Assembly: GCA_904063045.1 (NCBI GenBank)
Contig: CAJFCJ010000004.1
Coordinates: 2,225,713-2,289,712 of the forward strand
DNA: 64,000 nt
Direction: 5' to 3'
Origin: Dimorphilus gyrociliatus
Lineage: Eukaryota; Animalia; Annelida
Below, piece by piece: positions 40,901-53,300 of this stretch. The position numbers were made by a program, and so were the translations under genes. How positions within the stretch are numbered: position 1 is the first letter of the stretch; the number at the start of each line of letters is the position of its first letter. The notes beneath the pieces are model-generated. The model saw only the letters and a program-made list of their open reading frames with translations, searched no databases and was not told where the DNA came from.

Positions 40901-43900
40901 CCTTTTTTTATAGACGGCATTAGAAGACAGGTGTGAAATGTTGACATTTATACTTTTCTCATTTTAAATTTCCATTTTTCGCCCAACAATCCCATTTTTA
41001 ACACCTGCAGTAGACGCTACTTACTCTAGGACAATCGAATTGCACTAAGAAAAGCTTTGTAGTAGAAAGCTTTCAGTGGACGGCCAGTAGGCCTGGACTA
41101 CCCTTTAACAAGCCCTTAGGGAACGGCCACCAGTAGGAGAGCGTTCTAAAATTAATTTAATTGAATAATAGGAAATTTTCCAAGCTTAAACGTAAATCAA
41201 CTTAGGTTAAATCTGGTTCATAATAATTATGCAAATAAGATTGTCATTCGAATTTTATCTTTAAGATTAATTTACCATTCTCTCAATCAGATCTGTCATC
41301 ATGACGGAGTAATCGTAAAGATCTTAATTTGACGAATATTTTACTTTTTTTGCATTGTTTCGTATTGCCTGAGGAGAGATTGCGTACCTTTATCCCTGTC
41401 AAGCTTGACATTTTCTCATGATAAGCCTTTTGTCTTTAAACAACAAATAGATTGCTTAAATTCTAGACTGCTGTTTGTTTTTAAAACAGAAAACTAAACC
41501 TATTTGCTAAAATTCATTGCTTAATATAAATAGTATAAATTACAGGGAAAAGGAAGGACGTGCACGAAAGAAAACACTTTGATAAATATTTATATTAATA
41601 TTAACTTGACCATTTAGCACCTGCTCCACCAACATTCTACCTTTAATGAATTTAACGCTCAAAGCGATCTGTCGTGTCGCACTAAAGCTCATTTGCTGTA
41701 TACTTGAGAAGCTACGTGCGTACGATGCAAATTTCAAGCATAAACAAAGAATAACTACAGAGAACAAGCGATATAGGGAAGAGAAATAGAGGTTCTTTTA
41801 CGGCTATTAAAAGAATCTATATATTAGTATTAGTAAAGACAAACAATTACTCTCGTCTGCAGTGACAAACTGAGGCGGCTTGCTTGGTCATCGTTATTGT
41901 AAATAATTTAAGGCCAGCCTTTGTTTCGAATTAATAGATTCAGATTGATAATTATAATAGAATGGAATACAGCATCCGTTCCTGCTATTAAATACATTTT
42001 AAGGAGCATCAATGCAAGAAGTAACAAAAAAATAAAACTATATAGAATTACTTAATAATTAATATAAAAGAATAATTGACATTTTAAAATATATGGTGAC
42101 TTCTCACGACCCAAATAGACATTCACCGTAGTAAATGTAAGGTTAGACTAGGATGTTTATAAATTACCTATCGATATATCCTAGATGAAAGTACTGAGTT
42201 CTTATTTGAAAAAAAAACGATAGCTAATGAAAAAATTGCTTTTGTATAGATTCAAAAGACACGTTAAGAGGGGACTGTCATCTAATGCGTAGCTTTGTTT
42301 AAAAAGAAGAGGAAGTACTAAAGTTTTCAATTACAAGCAACATAATATTTTAATAGATTGTATTTTTCATATATAATCACCTACTTATTCCTTTTTTCCC
42401 CCTATTTAAAAATCTGTTAACCCTATTGTCTATGAGTCGCTCAATCTAATCAATAAATTCCCTATTCTCTTGTTACTCTCATATTGTTTTGTTTATACTT
42501 TTAAGCTCATATTGGATTTTAAAATAGTTTCCCTCTCTCCTCGTATATTCCCTTTTAATTATATAGAAATAACATAAAACGCCTAATATTAATTCGTAAT
42601 GAATAGTTTTCTAGTTATTCGTTTAGACAAAAAACAGTTTATTATATAATTCTTATTTATATTTGTCTAATCTGATCGGATAGAGGAGATGTTTTCATAA
42701 AAGATAAAGAAATTCATAGGCTATCTTTAACCTTTCATATTTTATAAACAAGTTGAAAAATCTTATAAAACTAAATGAAATAACATAAAATTTTCCTTTG
42801 ATCGATCCGACAATTTTCTTAAAAAATTCTATTACAAAATTTGATTTTTATTTGAGTTAATTGAATAGAAAACGTCCCTGGCGTGCCTTACTTAGCTAAG
42901 ACTTCAATCTTGTTCTGTAATTGGCATTCGACTATTACATAACCACTCTAATTAAAGCTATTGATTCACGATTCCCTTAAAATCCTAAAGCAAACTTCTT
43001 TTATTTTTGTAACTACTGCGCTATTTATACTATGTACATACATACACAAACACACCCGCATACGTACATACCTCTGAGAAGCTTTTGCTAGGCGTTGATT
43101 GCAGACTATTCTGATTATTTTCGTAAGTAACGGCCGTCGTTAAAGCCTTAATACTGCCACATCGCACCATTGGAAGATCTTTACATCTTTTATCATCTCT
43201 TTTCTCTTGTCTTTTTAAAGCAAAAATTGCCGCCAAAAGTGCTACGGCAATAAACGCTGTAGCGCAAGCAAGTCCTATAACTATAGTTAGATTTCCATCT
43301 GATTTCTTTTTAGTTTCTTTCCAGGGCAGGGAACTGTTGATAAATATATTCAAGAAAGCCGGAGTAGCGTGCTCCTCTATGAGACCTCCGTCTTTCACTT
43401 GAAAATCTAATCTTATAACTCTGTTGGCAATCGCAGTCAAATCCTTTGATACCCTAATCCTACCTGACATCGATTCCATTACGAAATATTCGCTAGCGGT
43501 TTCTAAGTGATATGTTAACGAGTCCCGTTCATCCAGGTCCCAAGCGATAACAGTACCAATGACTTTGCCAACTGGAGTGAAACTTGAAATGGAGATAGAG
43601 GCGTTTTCCGATTTTGGGAAGGTTATTTGAGGAGGATTATCGTTTATATCCTCTATATCTACAGTAACTTCTATCTCCGAACTTAGGAGAGTATTACGTA
43701 TGTCAGTCGCTACGGCAATAAATCTATGCGACTTTTTATCCTCTCTATCCAGTCTCGTTGTCGTTAAAATTCTTCCAGAATCTGCTTCTATTCTGAAAAA
43801 ATCTGTTCCTCTTAAGGAATAAGTAAAGTCGTTGAAGTCATCACTATCAGGGTCAACAGCTTCAACCTGACCAGCAAGTGTACCAGATTGCTCTTCTTCT

Positions 43901-45636
43901 TGGACTTTGAAATTGTAAAAGTCGCTTAAGAATGATGGACTATTATCATTTTCATCCAAAATAGTTAATTGTAGAGTAGCAAACGCACTATTTGACTTTT
44001 TACCCAAATCGTACGCTTCAACCTGCGTCTCCAAAAACGGTAACTTTTCCCTGTCGAAACTTTCAGCTGCTTGTATAGTACCTTTAATAGAATTTATAGT
44101 CAAATGTTGATAGATAGCTTTATCTGGAAATCTATAGCGAACTTCTCCATTAGTTCGATCATCTTTATCCGTTGCATTTACGGTAGTAATATATTTTCCA
44201 ATAATATTATTCTCACCAATTGTCTGCTTATAGACGGTTTGTCTGAAAACTGGTGATAAATCATTTTCGTCCATTATTATTATCTCCAAGTTTTTCTCTG
44301 ATGTTTTCTTCGGTGTACCCATATCTGAGCATTGGATTGAAACAACATAGAAATCTCTACTTTCTCTGTCAATATTTAACTTGGTAACAAGTTTGTATCT
44401 CCCCTCCGAGAATGACGTCATTGCAAAAGTCCTCGAGCTATCAATTAGAAGGCATTTGAATTTGCCACCCTCTCCAGTATCTGCATCGGTAACTGTAATA
44501 AATGCAATAAATGATTCCATAGCTATATTTTCAAGGACATAGGCCTTGGTCGTATCCTCCTCGGTTAAGGTATTGACAATTATTTCAGGAGAGTGATCAT
44601 TTTCATCTGAGACCTTAATATACACTGTAGCCTGTACCGTTTGAGAATCAGCTCCTTTATCTCGAGCTGTAATATCTAATTGATAATAGTTTCTGGTTTC
44701 GTAATCCAAAGCTTGTTTGGCATGAATTTCCCCAGTTTCTCTACCTAGCGAAAAGATATTTGAGTATTGCTGCTTAGTCCTTGGGGAAAAGTCGTAGATC
44801 ACGTGACCATTATCTCCTTGATCTTTATCAACAGCTGAGACCGTTAATAGCGGCTCAATTCTTAGATCATTCTCTTTAACTGTAACTGTATAAGACAATT
44901 TAGTGAACACTGGTGAATTGTCGTTGCTATCTAGCACCCTTAGAAGAATTTGCAGGTCACTACTCTTTCCTCCACCATCTGTTGCTCGTAGTATGATTCT
45001 GTGAACTTCTGTATCTTCTCTATCCAATTTCCTCTTTAATAACAGTTTCACATCTCCGGAACCGATCGGTTGCCGAAGATCGAACAAGTCACGTCCCTTC
45101 TGAATAGAGTACGTGACCACTCCAAAGCGATTAGCTGGGGAATCATCGTCAATAGCTGGATTAATGCTAAGAGTTGCGTTAATGTCTGCTGATTCGCGCA
45201 ATTCCTTATTTAGGTGACTGGTATCCCATCTGGGTGTCGAATCATTAATATCATCAACAACTATTTGAACTTTAACAATTATAACATCCGTTTGAGGGGA
45301 AGATACTGCTATATCAATAATAATGGTACAATTTTTGATCCTGGCGCAAAAGTTTTCTCTGTCAACCCTCTGCGAAGTTTCTACGACGCCCGCCTCATCA
45401 ATACGGACTATATCGGTTTTTGGTTTTCCCAGAATTTTAAAGTTTAAATTTGCAAGTATTTGAGGCGTGTAAGAGGAGTGGAGATTTGCGTCTGGTACAA
45501 TGCTTCCAATAAAATGTCCTTCAGGCGTTTCGTCAATGACTTTATAGTTGAGAACCTTAACGGTATCAGCAAGAATTTGAGGTAAAAATAGTACTATCAG
45601 GAGCCGTCTCTCCATAGCGCCCTGTGAAAATGACAT
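34927..45636 (-). CDS. Protocadherin with 7 cadherin repeats (delta1-like ectodomain), about 992 aa
   Basis: Exon 43072-45636 encodes the signal peptide, EC1-7 (six DxNDxxP linkers, EC1 CARIKNC motif) and the TM segment LTIVIGLACATAFIAVALLAAIFAL, with donor GAG|GTATGT. Exon 39680-39763 reads TGGRNARIQVHRSLPGQPAAYTVHLVNE. Exon 36743-36824 reads NKEERDTDSAYSGDGSNSDSGRGPSEE. The last exon 34927-35174 ends DDGSTTSGSYVVDDNNGLQHSMMV. Phases 0/0/1 are consistent. Confidence 0.95.
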
Positions 45637-47376
45637 CGAATTAATATTCAGTCAATTTGATCTGGCGGTTGGGCACCTGACTAATAAGACCTAATGTCGT
45701 TATTCAACTCACTTCACTGTTATTTCTGTTTTACGGTAGCAACTGTGAGGTGGTACTTTGATATTTCAATATCTATGTTTATTATCTGTATGGATATTTC
45801 GTTGCAAGATTTACTCTTTAAGTCAAGATTTGAAGAATCTCATTTCTATAAAACTATAAAGAATTTATAGAAGAAAGCCTTAAATAAATCTATATTTCAT
45901 TCACATCTCATTACGTCATCTAAGCTAGCTCATCGGCCAGAATAAAAATTTAATAAATAAGTCATGCGCTCTCTCTCTCTCTTTCCTTGCTATTTTTTTT
46001 CATTATATAGTCTTTTCTTTTATATTGAAAAGTAAACCATTTTACAGAGAAAAAGAATTTGATATTCTCATCCTTCTATTCCTTTTCTATAGTTTGCTTT
46101 GTCTAAACTTTTCTTCTTTATAGCTATATTCCCCATTCTTCAACTGACTTCTATTCGAAATAACTTTGAATTTATTCCTGCTTTAGATTAATTGCGTTAT
46201 TATCACGGGATTGTTTATCTACGCAGCTGTCTTACGCTAACAGCTGTCCAATCACTGACCAGAACGTTCACGAGAAATGCTCGTTAATTTTAATTACGTT
46301 CGGAATTAACGACATTCCTCTTGATAGAGCAATTAATCCAGGTTCCGGCATGCTTTTTTAACGCTGTTTGTCAATAATCTTTCTAAAAAGCTTTTTAGAA
46401 AATACTTCAAAAGTAGCTTTTGAGGTTTCGTGTGTAACTATAAGCTTAGAGGATGAGTGAATTTTTTTCGTTAGTCTAAAGGCTAAATGCTTTTGGGTTA
46501 TTAAACATTTTTCTTTTCAAAAGGTGTCTTAACAGTTAAACAGGCTAAGTTATTTAAACTTTCCACAATGACAATCCTCAATTAGAAACATAGCGTCATA
46601 TTTAGTACAATTAGTATATTTTTAATCGTCCTATTCATCTGATAACTTAGCGTAGAGTGCCTGTGTCTATATACAAGTACATGCATATCTATTTCTATTA
46701 ATAAGAACTATATACAAGTTGGCAAGCGATAAGAACCCGCATTACACAAGTACTCTTTGTAAACATTTTTAAAGTTGGGGTAGATAGATACATGCATACT
46801 AATACACCTGGTTTTGTATAAATATATATACATATTATATTTATAGGATGCTTACAGACTTGATATGAATGGATTATTAAACATTTGTATTAGATTTATA
46901 AAGAGACGCTTTTTTATTAATAAACTAAAAAAATGGTATGGTTAAATAGTCGATTAAGCAAGCCTTTTACGTAACAGATACGTTTCTTTTATATATAACA
47001 AAAAAAGAGTTTCCTCTTTCATCAAAAAAACTATTTTAACAATTATAAATAAAGTCTGATTACAATTCGTATAGAACGAAAAAAGCCTTTTCTACTACCA
47101 AGCCAATACTATAATGTTGAACAACTCTTTTGTTACATAATTGACCGATCAACTTATAAACATACCACTTTCAGGAAGTTTTATATATTATGCATAAATT
47201 CCAGAGGCCTTTTTATTCATTGTTACTTTAAATAAAATATTCATAAATTGTATAGTTTGTAACTTGTTGAAAACCCTCGATTGTCGTAAATATATAGTTG
47301 GTCAAAGATAACCTAGGTCAGAAACGTACCAATTTACCTTGTACTTTTGCGTTAATAAGCTATTATTATTTATATA

Positions 47377-47423
<47 letters not shown>

Positions 47424-50047
47424 TATATACAATATAGAGACGAATTAATATAGGCAAATGATCCATTACTTCTTCTTTTATCCAATAAATTTAAACGTTT
47501 TATAGAAGGAAAGACATTTACTAGACAACTAATTATTATGTCAAACATTCTTGCGCAGAAAAGATAGGACAACAGTTTCACTAAGGCAACGTGTTATACT
47601 TTTTCTTAGTAAAAAGTAAATTAGTCAATCTATGCCCTTGCTATGTAAATATAGATTATTTTATTAACCTTAAAGGTCTATATTATCTAATACAAAAATT
47701 AACTATCGTCTTTTATTTCCAATCGAATTTCTTAAAATGGTATTTAGGACGAGGATGAGAATAATGACTAAATTTATAAGCTCTATAAAGGAAAATCGTA
47801 TCATTTTCTAAGATCATAAAACTCTCATAAATAGTTTTTTCCCTTTCTGATACGATAGAATAAAATATTAAAACATAAAAAAGAGAAAATACGACTAACA
47901 GACTTTACAGTTTAGGTAGCCTCTTTTTTTCATTTAAGTTATATATTCTTATAATTTTCAAACATCTGCGCAAATGTTTTATTCATGATATTTTTTTATT
48001 CAAGAGTTGTACTTGTCTATCTATGTATGTGCGTCTATGTGTGAAAGGAAGAAAGAAATAAAGAGAGCATAGAGAGGGAGAGATAAAGGAAGAGACAGAG
48101 GTATATATGTATATATTAGTATATACAGTATATCAGTATATACAGAGGGAGAAAAAAATGAAATAAAATTTTATTTGAATTAAACCCGTTCAAAAACAGA
48201 AATTAACACTTTCTGAGTTATTGAAGTCCCCCTAACCCTATTAATCTATTGAATTTTCATCCAAGTTGCAATCTTACCTTAATCTCGTAATATCTAAACC
48301 TTTTTAAATGTAGTTTAAGAGCTTAATTAATGATTTATTTCCTAAATTAATCTGTTTAAAAGAAAAATCCCTTAAATGCTAATTACTTTTTTTATTTAGG
48401 TGGAAAAAAACTGATTTATTATAAATCAGAAGTTTAATTAAGTTAAATAGCTTTGAATGTGATTCTTATTTTTTCCGACTCTATCTGTCAATCTATTCTT
48501 CTTATCCTTTTATTTTACTTTTACTGCTTTTACGGAATTTTGAACCACTTTGTTACTTTTCTATTATTTAAATTACATGACTTTTTCTCTTTTCTGTCAA
48601 TTTCGTAACTTTTTACTTTTAGAATAAAATGTATTCAATTTTTTCTTTTATTCTTTATCCAAAGTTCAAATTAAGTTTATAAAAACAATAATTATTATAG
48701 AAATAAAAGAGAAATATGCGATTTTGTTTTTTTCTTTACCTTTTCAACCTACTAAATCGAAGATTAATTGAAAAGTTTTCATAGAAAAAGAACAATATTT
48801 AATTGGTTATAATTTAACTTGTACAAATAAAACTTAAAAAGTGATAATTTCGCTTTTATCCTAAATATTTCCTCTAAATGTTTTTTACCTTTATTTTTAA
48901 TATAGAAACAAAAAATTCCTTTTATTTTTATATGACAAAGCGTGTCACATTATTTAGAAAGGGCTAACAAAAAAGCGTCTAATTGAACAGAAACATAAAA
49001 ACGGAACTACCATTCAATGTTTTGGCAAATTTCCATGTTTTACAACCCATTCATGATCATCCTCTTCTCTCGCATTTTTTTAAGTAGATCATTATAAAAG
49101 ATGTTCGAGTTATTTGTAAAAGGTCGTTGAAAAGAATCTAATTGGTGCCTTTAGTCAAAAAGCCGTGAAATACGTGCGTGTAACGGACGTTACTTTTAGA
49201 CGGTCGACTGAACTATTCCTCAATCTTATCGATTCACCACTAAAACCTTTCTGTTTACACTTAAAACACAGTTCAGTAAATTTTTACTTTTACTAATTAA
49301 AATTAGTCGACAATGGGAACAGGTTCCGAAGAGTAATCAATAGATAAATTGAAGACATGCGCAATGGGAATATGGAACCTTAAAGTCATTATTAATATTT
49401 CATATCCAATGTTTTATTGTATGCAAATATAAACATCGATATTAGTAGTAAAAATCTTTTCTTTTTGATTTTATTTTACAAGATCATTTAGCCAATTAAA
49501 GTTCTAGGATTTAACAAATCTATCCTGGTATTTTTCTGGGATTTTCCCTTCAGATTGTAAATATTTAATCGAATTTCTTGAGAAACTCTTTAAACTTTTT
49601 CTGAGATTTTATGTCTTTGCTCTTATAATTAAAACAAGTAAGCAGCAAATGAGAAGAACAGAGCAGAGAAAAGATGATATAGGTGAAAGGAGAAAGGTAG
49701 ACAGACAGAGAGAGAGAGAGAGAGGGGGGGAGGAAAGTAAAAGAAGTTTTACATTGATATTGTTGAGGAATAGAAAAAATTCTACTTCTCCATGTCCAAT
49801 AGAATAATTGGAAACACGGTTGGAATACACAAAAAAAATAATAGAAGACAGTCTAGCATTGCATACGTCGGCTTTCTAATAAGACGTCTACTATTGTTCA
49901 TCCTACCACTATTATTATGAATAGGCCTAGAGGATGGAATAAAAAACATTAAGAAAACTAAAAAAAATGTTTATTTACACACTGCCAACACGCCATAAAT
50001 TTTCAAGGATTCGCCATTATAATGATCAATATCGAATACAATCTTAC

Positions 50048-50270
50048 CTCGACCGTGAGCGGAATCCACAAACTCGTAGTATAACCTAAATTCTCATTTA
50101 AGTATTATTCTCCGCAAGATTTTTCTCTTTTTCATCCCTTTTTATTTTCCAGTGGAAGAAATATAAAAAGAAAATTCCTCTCAAACAAAACGAAGAAGAA
50201 ATACACTATCACGAAAAACTTCTGTAAATGTATTTTAAAGATCAAAGCCGAAATGCGAACTGATGTTAAA
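50048..50270 (-). other. Probable non-coding first exon of the protocadherin gene
   Basis: Strong minus-strand donor GAG|GTAAGA at 50047. A good acceptor (ttctttatagttttatag|) lies at 45845, upstream of the ATG. Promoter motifs are adjacent. The upper boundary is approximate. Confidence 0.4.
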
Positions 50271-50284
50271 GCCGTATTGGGAAT

Positions 50285-50360
50285 CTACCTGATAGGTGGC
50301 GCTGGCTTAGTCGTACGTCGACCAATCAGCTCGATTACAATTGTCTTGCTAATTACGCGT
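50285..50360 (-). promoter_or_regulatory. Candidate protocadherin promoter (CTCF-like motif plus CCAAT box)
   Basis: CCTGATAGGTGGCGCTG at 50288-50304 and ACCAATCAG at 50321-50329, in a locally CpG-rich patch just upstream of the putative non-coding exon. Confidence 0.4.
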
Positions 50361-53300
50361 GAAGAGAGGGTAGGAGTAATTAGTTAGGGATTAAGGAATT
50401 TTAGGTGAAAAAGCTGATTAACAGTGTAAAAAAAAGCGAAAATCCTTAGTTTTTTGTATATGTTTAGAATATTTTGGCGGTAGTGGTCTGGAAAGTTAGT
50501 GTAAATATATAAAATTGCAAGGTAGCCTTCTGTCAAAAAAACTACATTCGGAGCTAATCAAAACTATCGATGACCTTTTAAAAGGTTCTTAGTAAATGAA
50601 AACACGTTCTAAACCAAGTTTAATAAAGAATTTATAAGTTAATGTATAACTGTGAGATAAGATAAGAGAATGCGAAGATTAAGGGAAACATCTGGGGCTG
50701 TCGGTTGAGGTTGATTAAGGTTGACGCGTCCTGGAGGCATGTGAAAGGCTCATTTTAAGAGAAGTTTACGCGTTTTATAGGTGTACCATGAGTTCGTTAA
50801 AAGGCGACAATACAGAACTATGAAAAACCCATCATTCCTTTATTGAAGCATGATGCTCAGAGACGGCTGTATATCATATGGAAAGTTTGGGGTTTCAAAA
50901 TATCTATTTCCCTTACTCTACATAAATATGTTCTTTGCTACGTAAACATTTGTATATCTGGTGCTATAGTATTTAGTTTTAAGAGTAAAACCATCCGTCT
51001 TAAGCTAAGAAGACTGCTTCTTACGAATTTCCAATTAACACTCACAGTATGCATCACATTTAACAATGTCTCCTATCATCGTCTGGTCGGAAAATTTGAC
51101 AAGTCGTTCAAGTAGGCTATGATATAGATGCATTAAATGTCTTGTTAAATTTAATTTATAGCACTTTCGAAGAAGGAGAAGAAGATGGTGATGAAATTAG
51201 TAATAGAATAGATACGTGTATCTTTAGTTATAACTTTTTTAAATATTACTAACTAAAATTTTATAGCCTCTTTAATTCTTGCCAATTCCCAAACATATGC
51301 CACTAACAAACCACTCTTTTTATTCTTTCTTTTTTTTTGGACCCTGGCCATAAAACACAACGCAGACGCGTGTTTTCGGCTAATTTATTGCCAAACAATG
51401 ACGTGTTGATTACGTTTTCATAAGTTCTCTCAATTTCCTATTAAACTTTTGAATATCGTAAAAATTCCTCAACTGCTAAAATTCTCTTGTGGGAATAAAT
51501 TAGATTCCTCATAAAAAACCAAGTTCTTAACATTCAAATTGATGCGTCATAGCGAGTTATAGAAAAAAAGCCTTAAGTAAGGGATTAGTTATTATTTAAG
51601 AGAAACTAACCGCGTTTTCTAAGTTGGCAGCTAAATGCAAGTATAAAAAATTGAAAAATTAAAAAGCGTAACCCTGAAAGAAATGTTCACGCCCTAATCA
51701 GAATAAAAAAAAACCTCCTAAATGAATTTATTCTTTCGAGACGCTCATGAATATTAATAAGGATTAATTCTTTACACCTTCGAACAAGGAGATGAAGTAA
51801 TATGTAGGTTAGGAGGAGAGTGAATCTCTTAAGCCCTTTATCTATTCATAAATGAGAACGGGGGTATTTTCACGAGCGAAGTAAAGAGTAGAAGTGTACG
51901 AGAGTGAGAGAGAGGAAAGAAGAATCCTAGAGATGAACGTTTTCAACATACTGTGAAGTTTGATTATGGGCTTACATCTACTTAAAAATACTATCAGAAA
52001 AGAGTATCTTTTGATCATAGAGGAATAGATCCACCCATTTTGTGTTATATAATTACACTTACTACACCCCATAGTGTGTAGCCAAAAAATAAGATTTATA
52101 CCAAAGAGTTTAGCCGTATATGCGCAGCGTGCAAAAAAAGATTAGGATCTATGTGAAAAATCTTCTTTTTATCAAATAATAAATAATAATATTATTAGTA
52201 ATAATAATAATAAATAATAATAATAAAATATTCGTGTTAGCGGATACAAGCTAACCGAAGATATTTAACGGAATATAAAGATATATCTCAAAAGTATAAA
52301 TACAAATAACTATGAATAAAAATATCATCGATCACATTTTTGAATATCATTGACAAGAATAAATAAACGATTCAAGACCTATTCGTCATAATAATTTCAG
52401 GGACAGATATATAACGGAAACTGGTTTTTTTTTCTTTTTGGCTATTTATCTATAAGAATGATAACTTCCTTGATTATTCTTTGGAAAGTATTTAAAAAAA
52501 AAACTCGATTAGGAGACTATTTGTTATCCGATTTGTCTATTATAATGAGTAATAAATTTTCCAGTTGATCCTTATTTCTCCTTTTCTCTCTATCTCGGAG
52601 ATAAAATATTACAAGGGAATGAGATGAGAGGAATATCTTTAAGAAATCCCATGATAAAAATCTTTATATTAATAAATAATAGGGAAAAAAAGGCGTTAAA
52701 AAATCCCATTAGAATTCTTTAATTCAATACCGAAATAGGAAGAGTTCTATACATAGTTTGAAGGTTAATGTTGTATCTATATTAAGTGACGCTGCCCCAC
52801 AAAAAAGTTCATGCTCGTCAATAGTATCAAATTTTGTGGACGTGGAATATGTTGCGTGATTCAACTGATAACTGGGGTTGCGTGACCTTTGACTCAACCA
52901 AACTGTCGGCTTGATCTTAACTCAAAGCTGTTAAAAACTGTCGAACATTTCCTTTCATTTTCTTTTTATTTATTTTTTACTTTATGCCTTGAAATTAATT
53001 ATCGTTTTTTTCTATACTCAATTAAAAAATTTCTCCGCCAACTTTACTTTGTGTTCATTGATTGAATTTTTATATTCAATCAAATATAATTCTATTTTTA
53101 TCTCTATAATTATAGCGTTTGGGTGTCATGACCTGATTATCGATTCTTAATAGATGTCCTGCGGTTTCGATAGCTTTTAATCTTACATAGGGCTACCGCC
53201 AAATTTTCTTTTTCTATTTTCAATTAAGTTTCCGACCCTCAGGTAAATCAGTTGTATTTTTTTCTTTGTAATTGGATTAAATCCGAAAGGAATTGAATTT

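Noticed and set aside
7405-45447. ORFs 6642-6833, 7405-7587, 22558-22752, 27323-27763, 36596-36877, 44071-44256 and 45214-45447
   Set aside because: They are alternate-frame or antisense shadows of the real exons of TH, the PDZ gene, the K2P gene and the protocadherin.
50790-51120. Mixed-composition stretch that looks weakly coding on both strands (also 18173-18411)
   Set aside because: There are multiple stops and no recognisable transposon or protein motif. It might be an old repeat fragment, but I cannot support a call.
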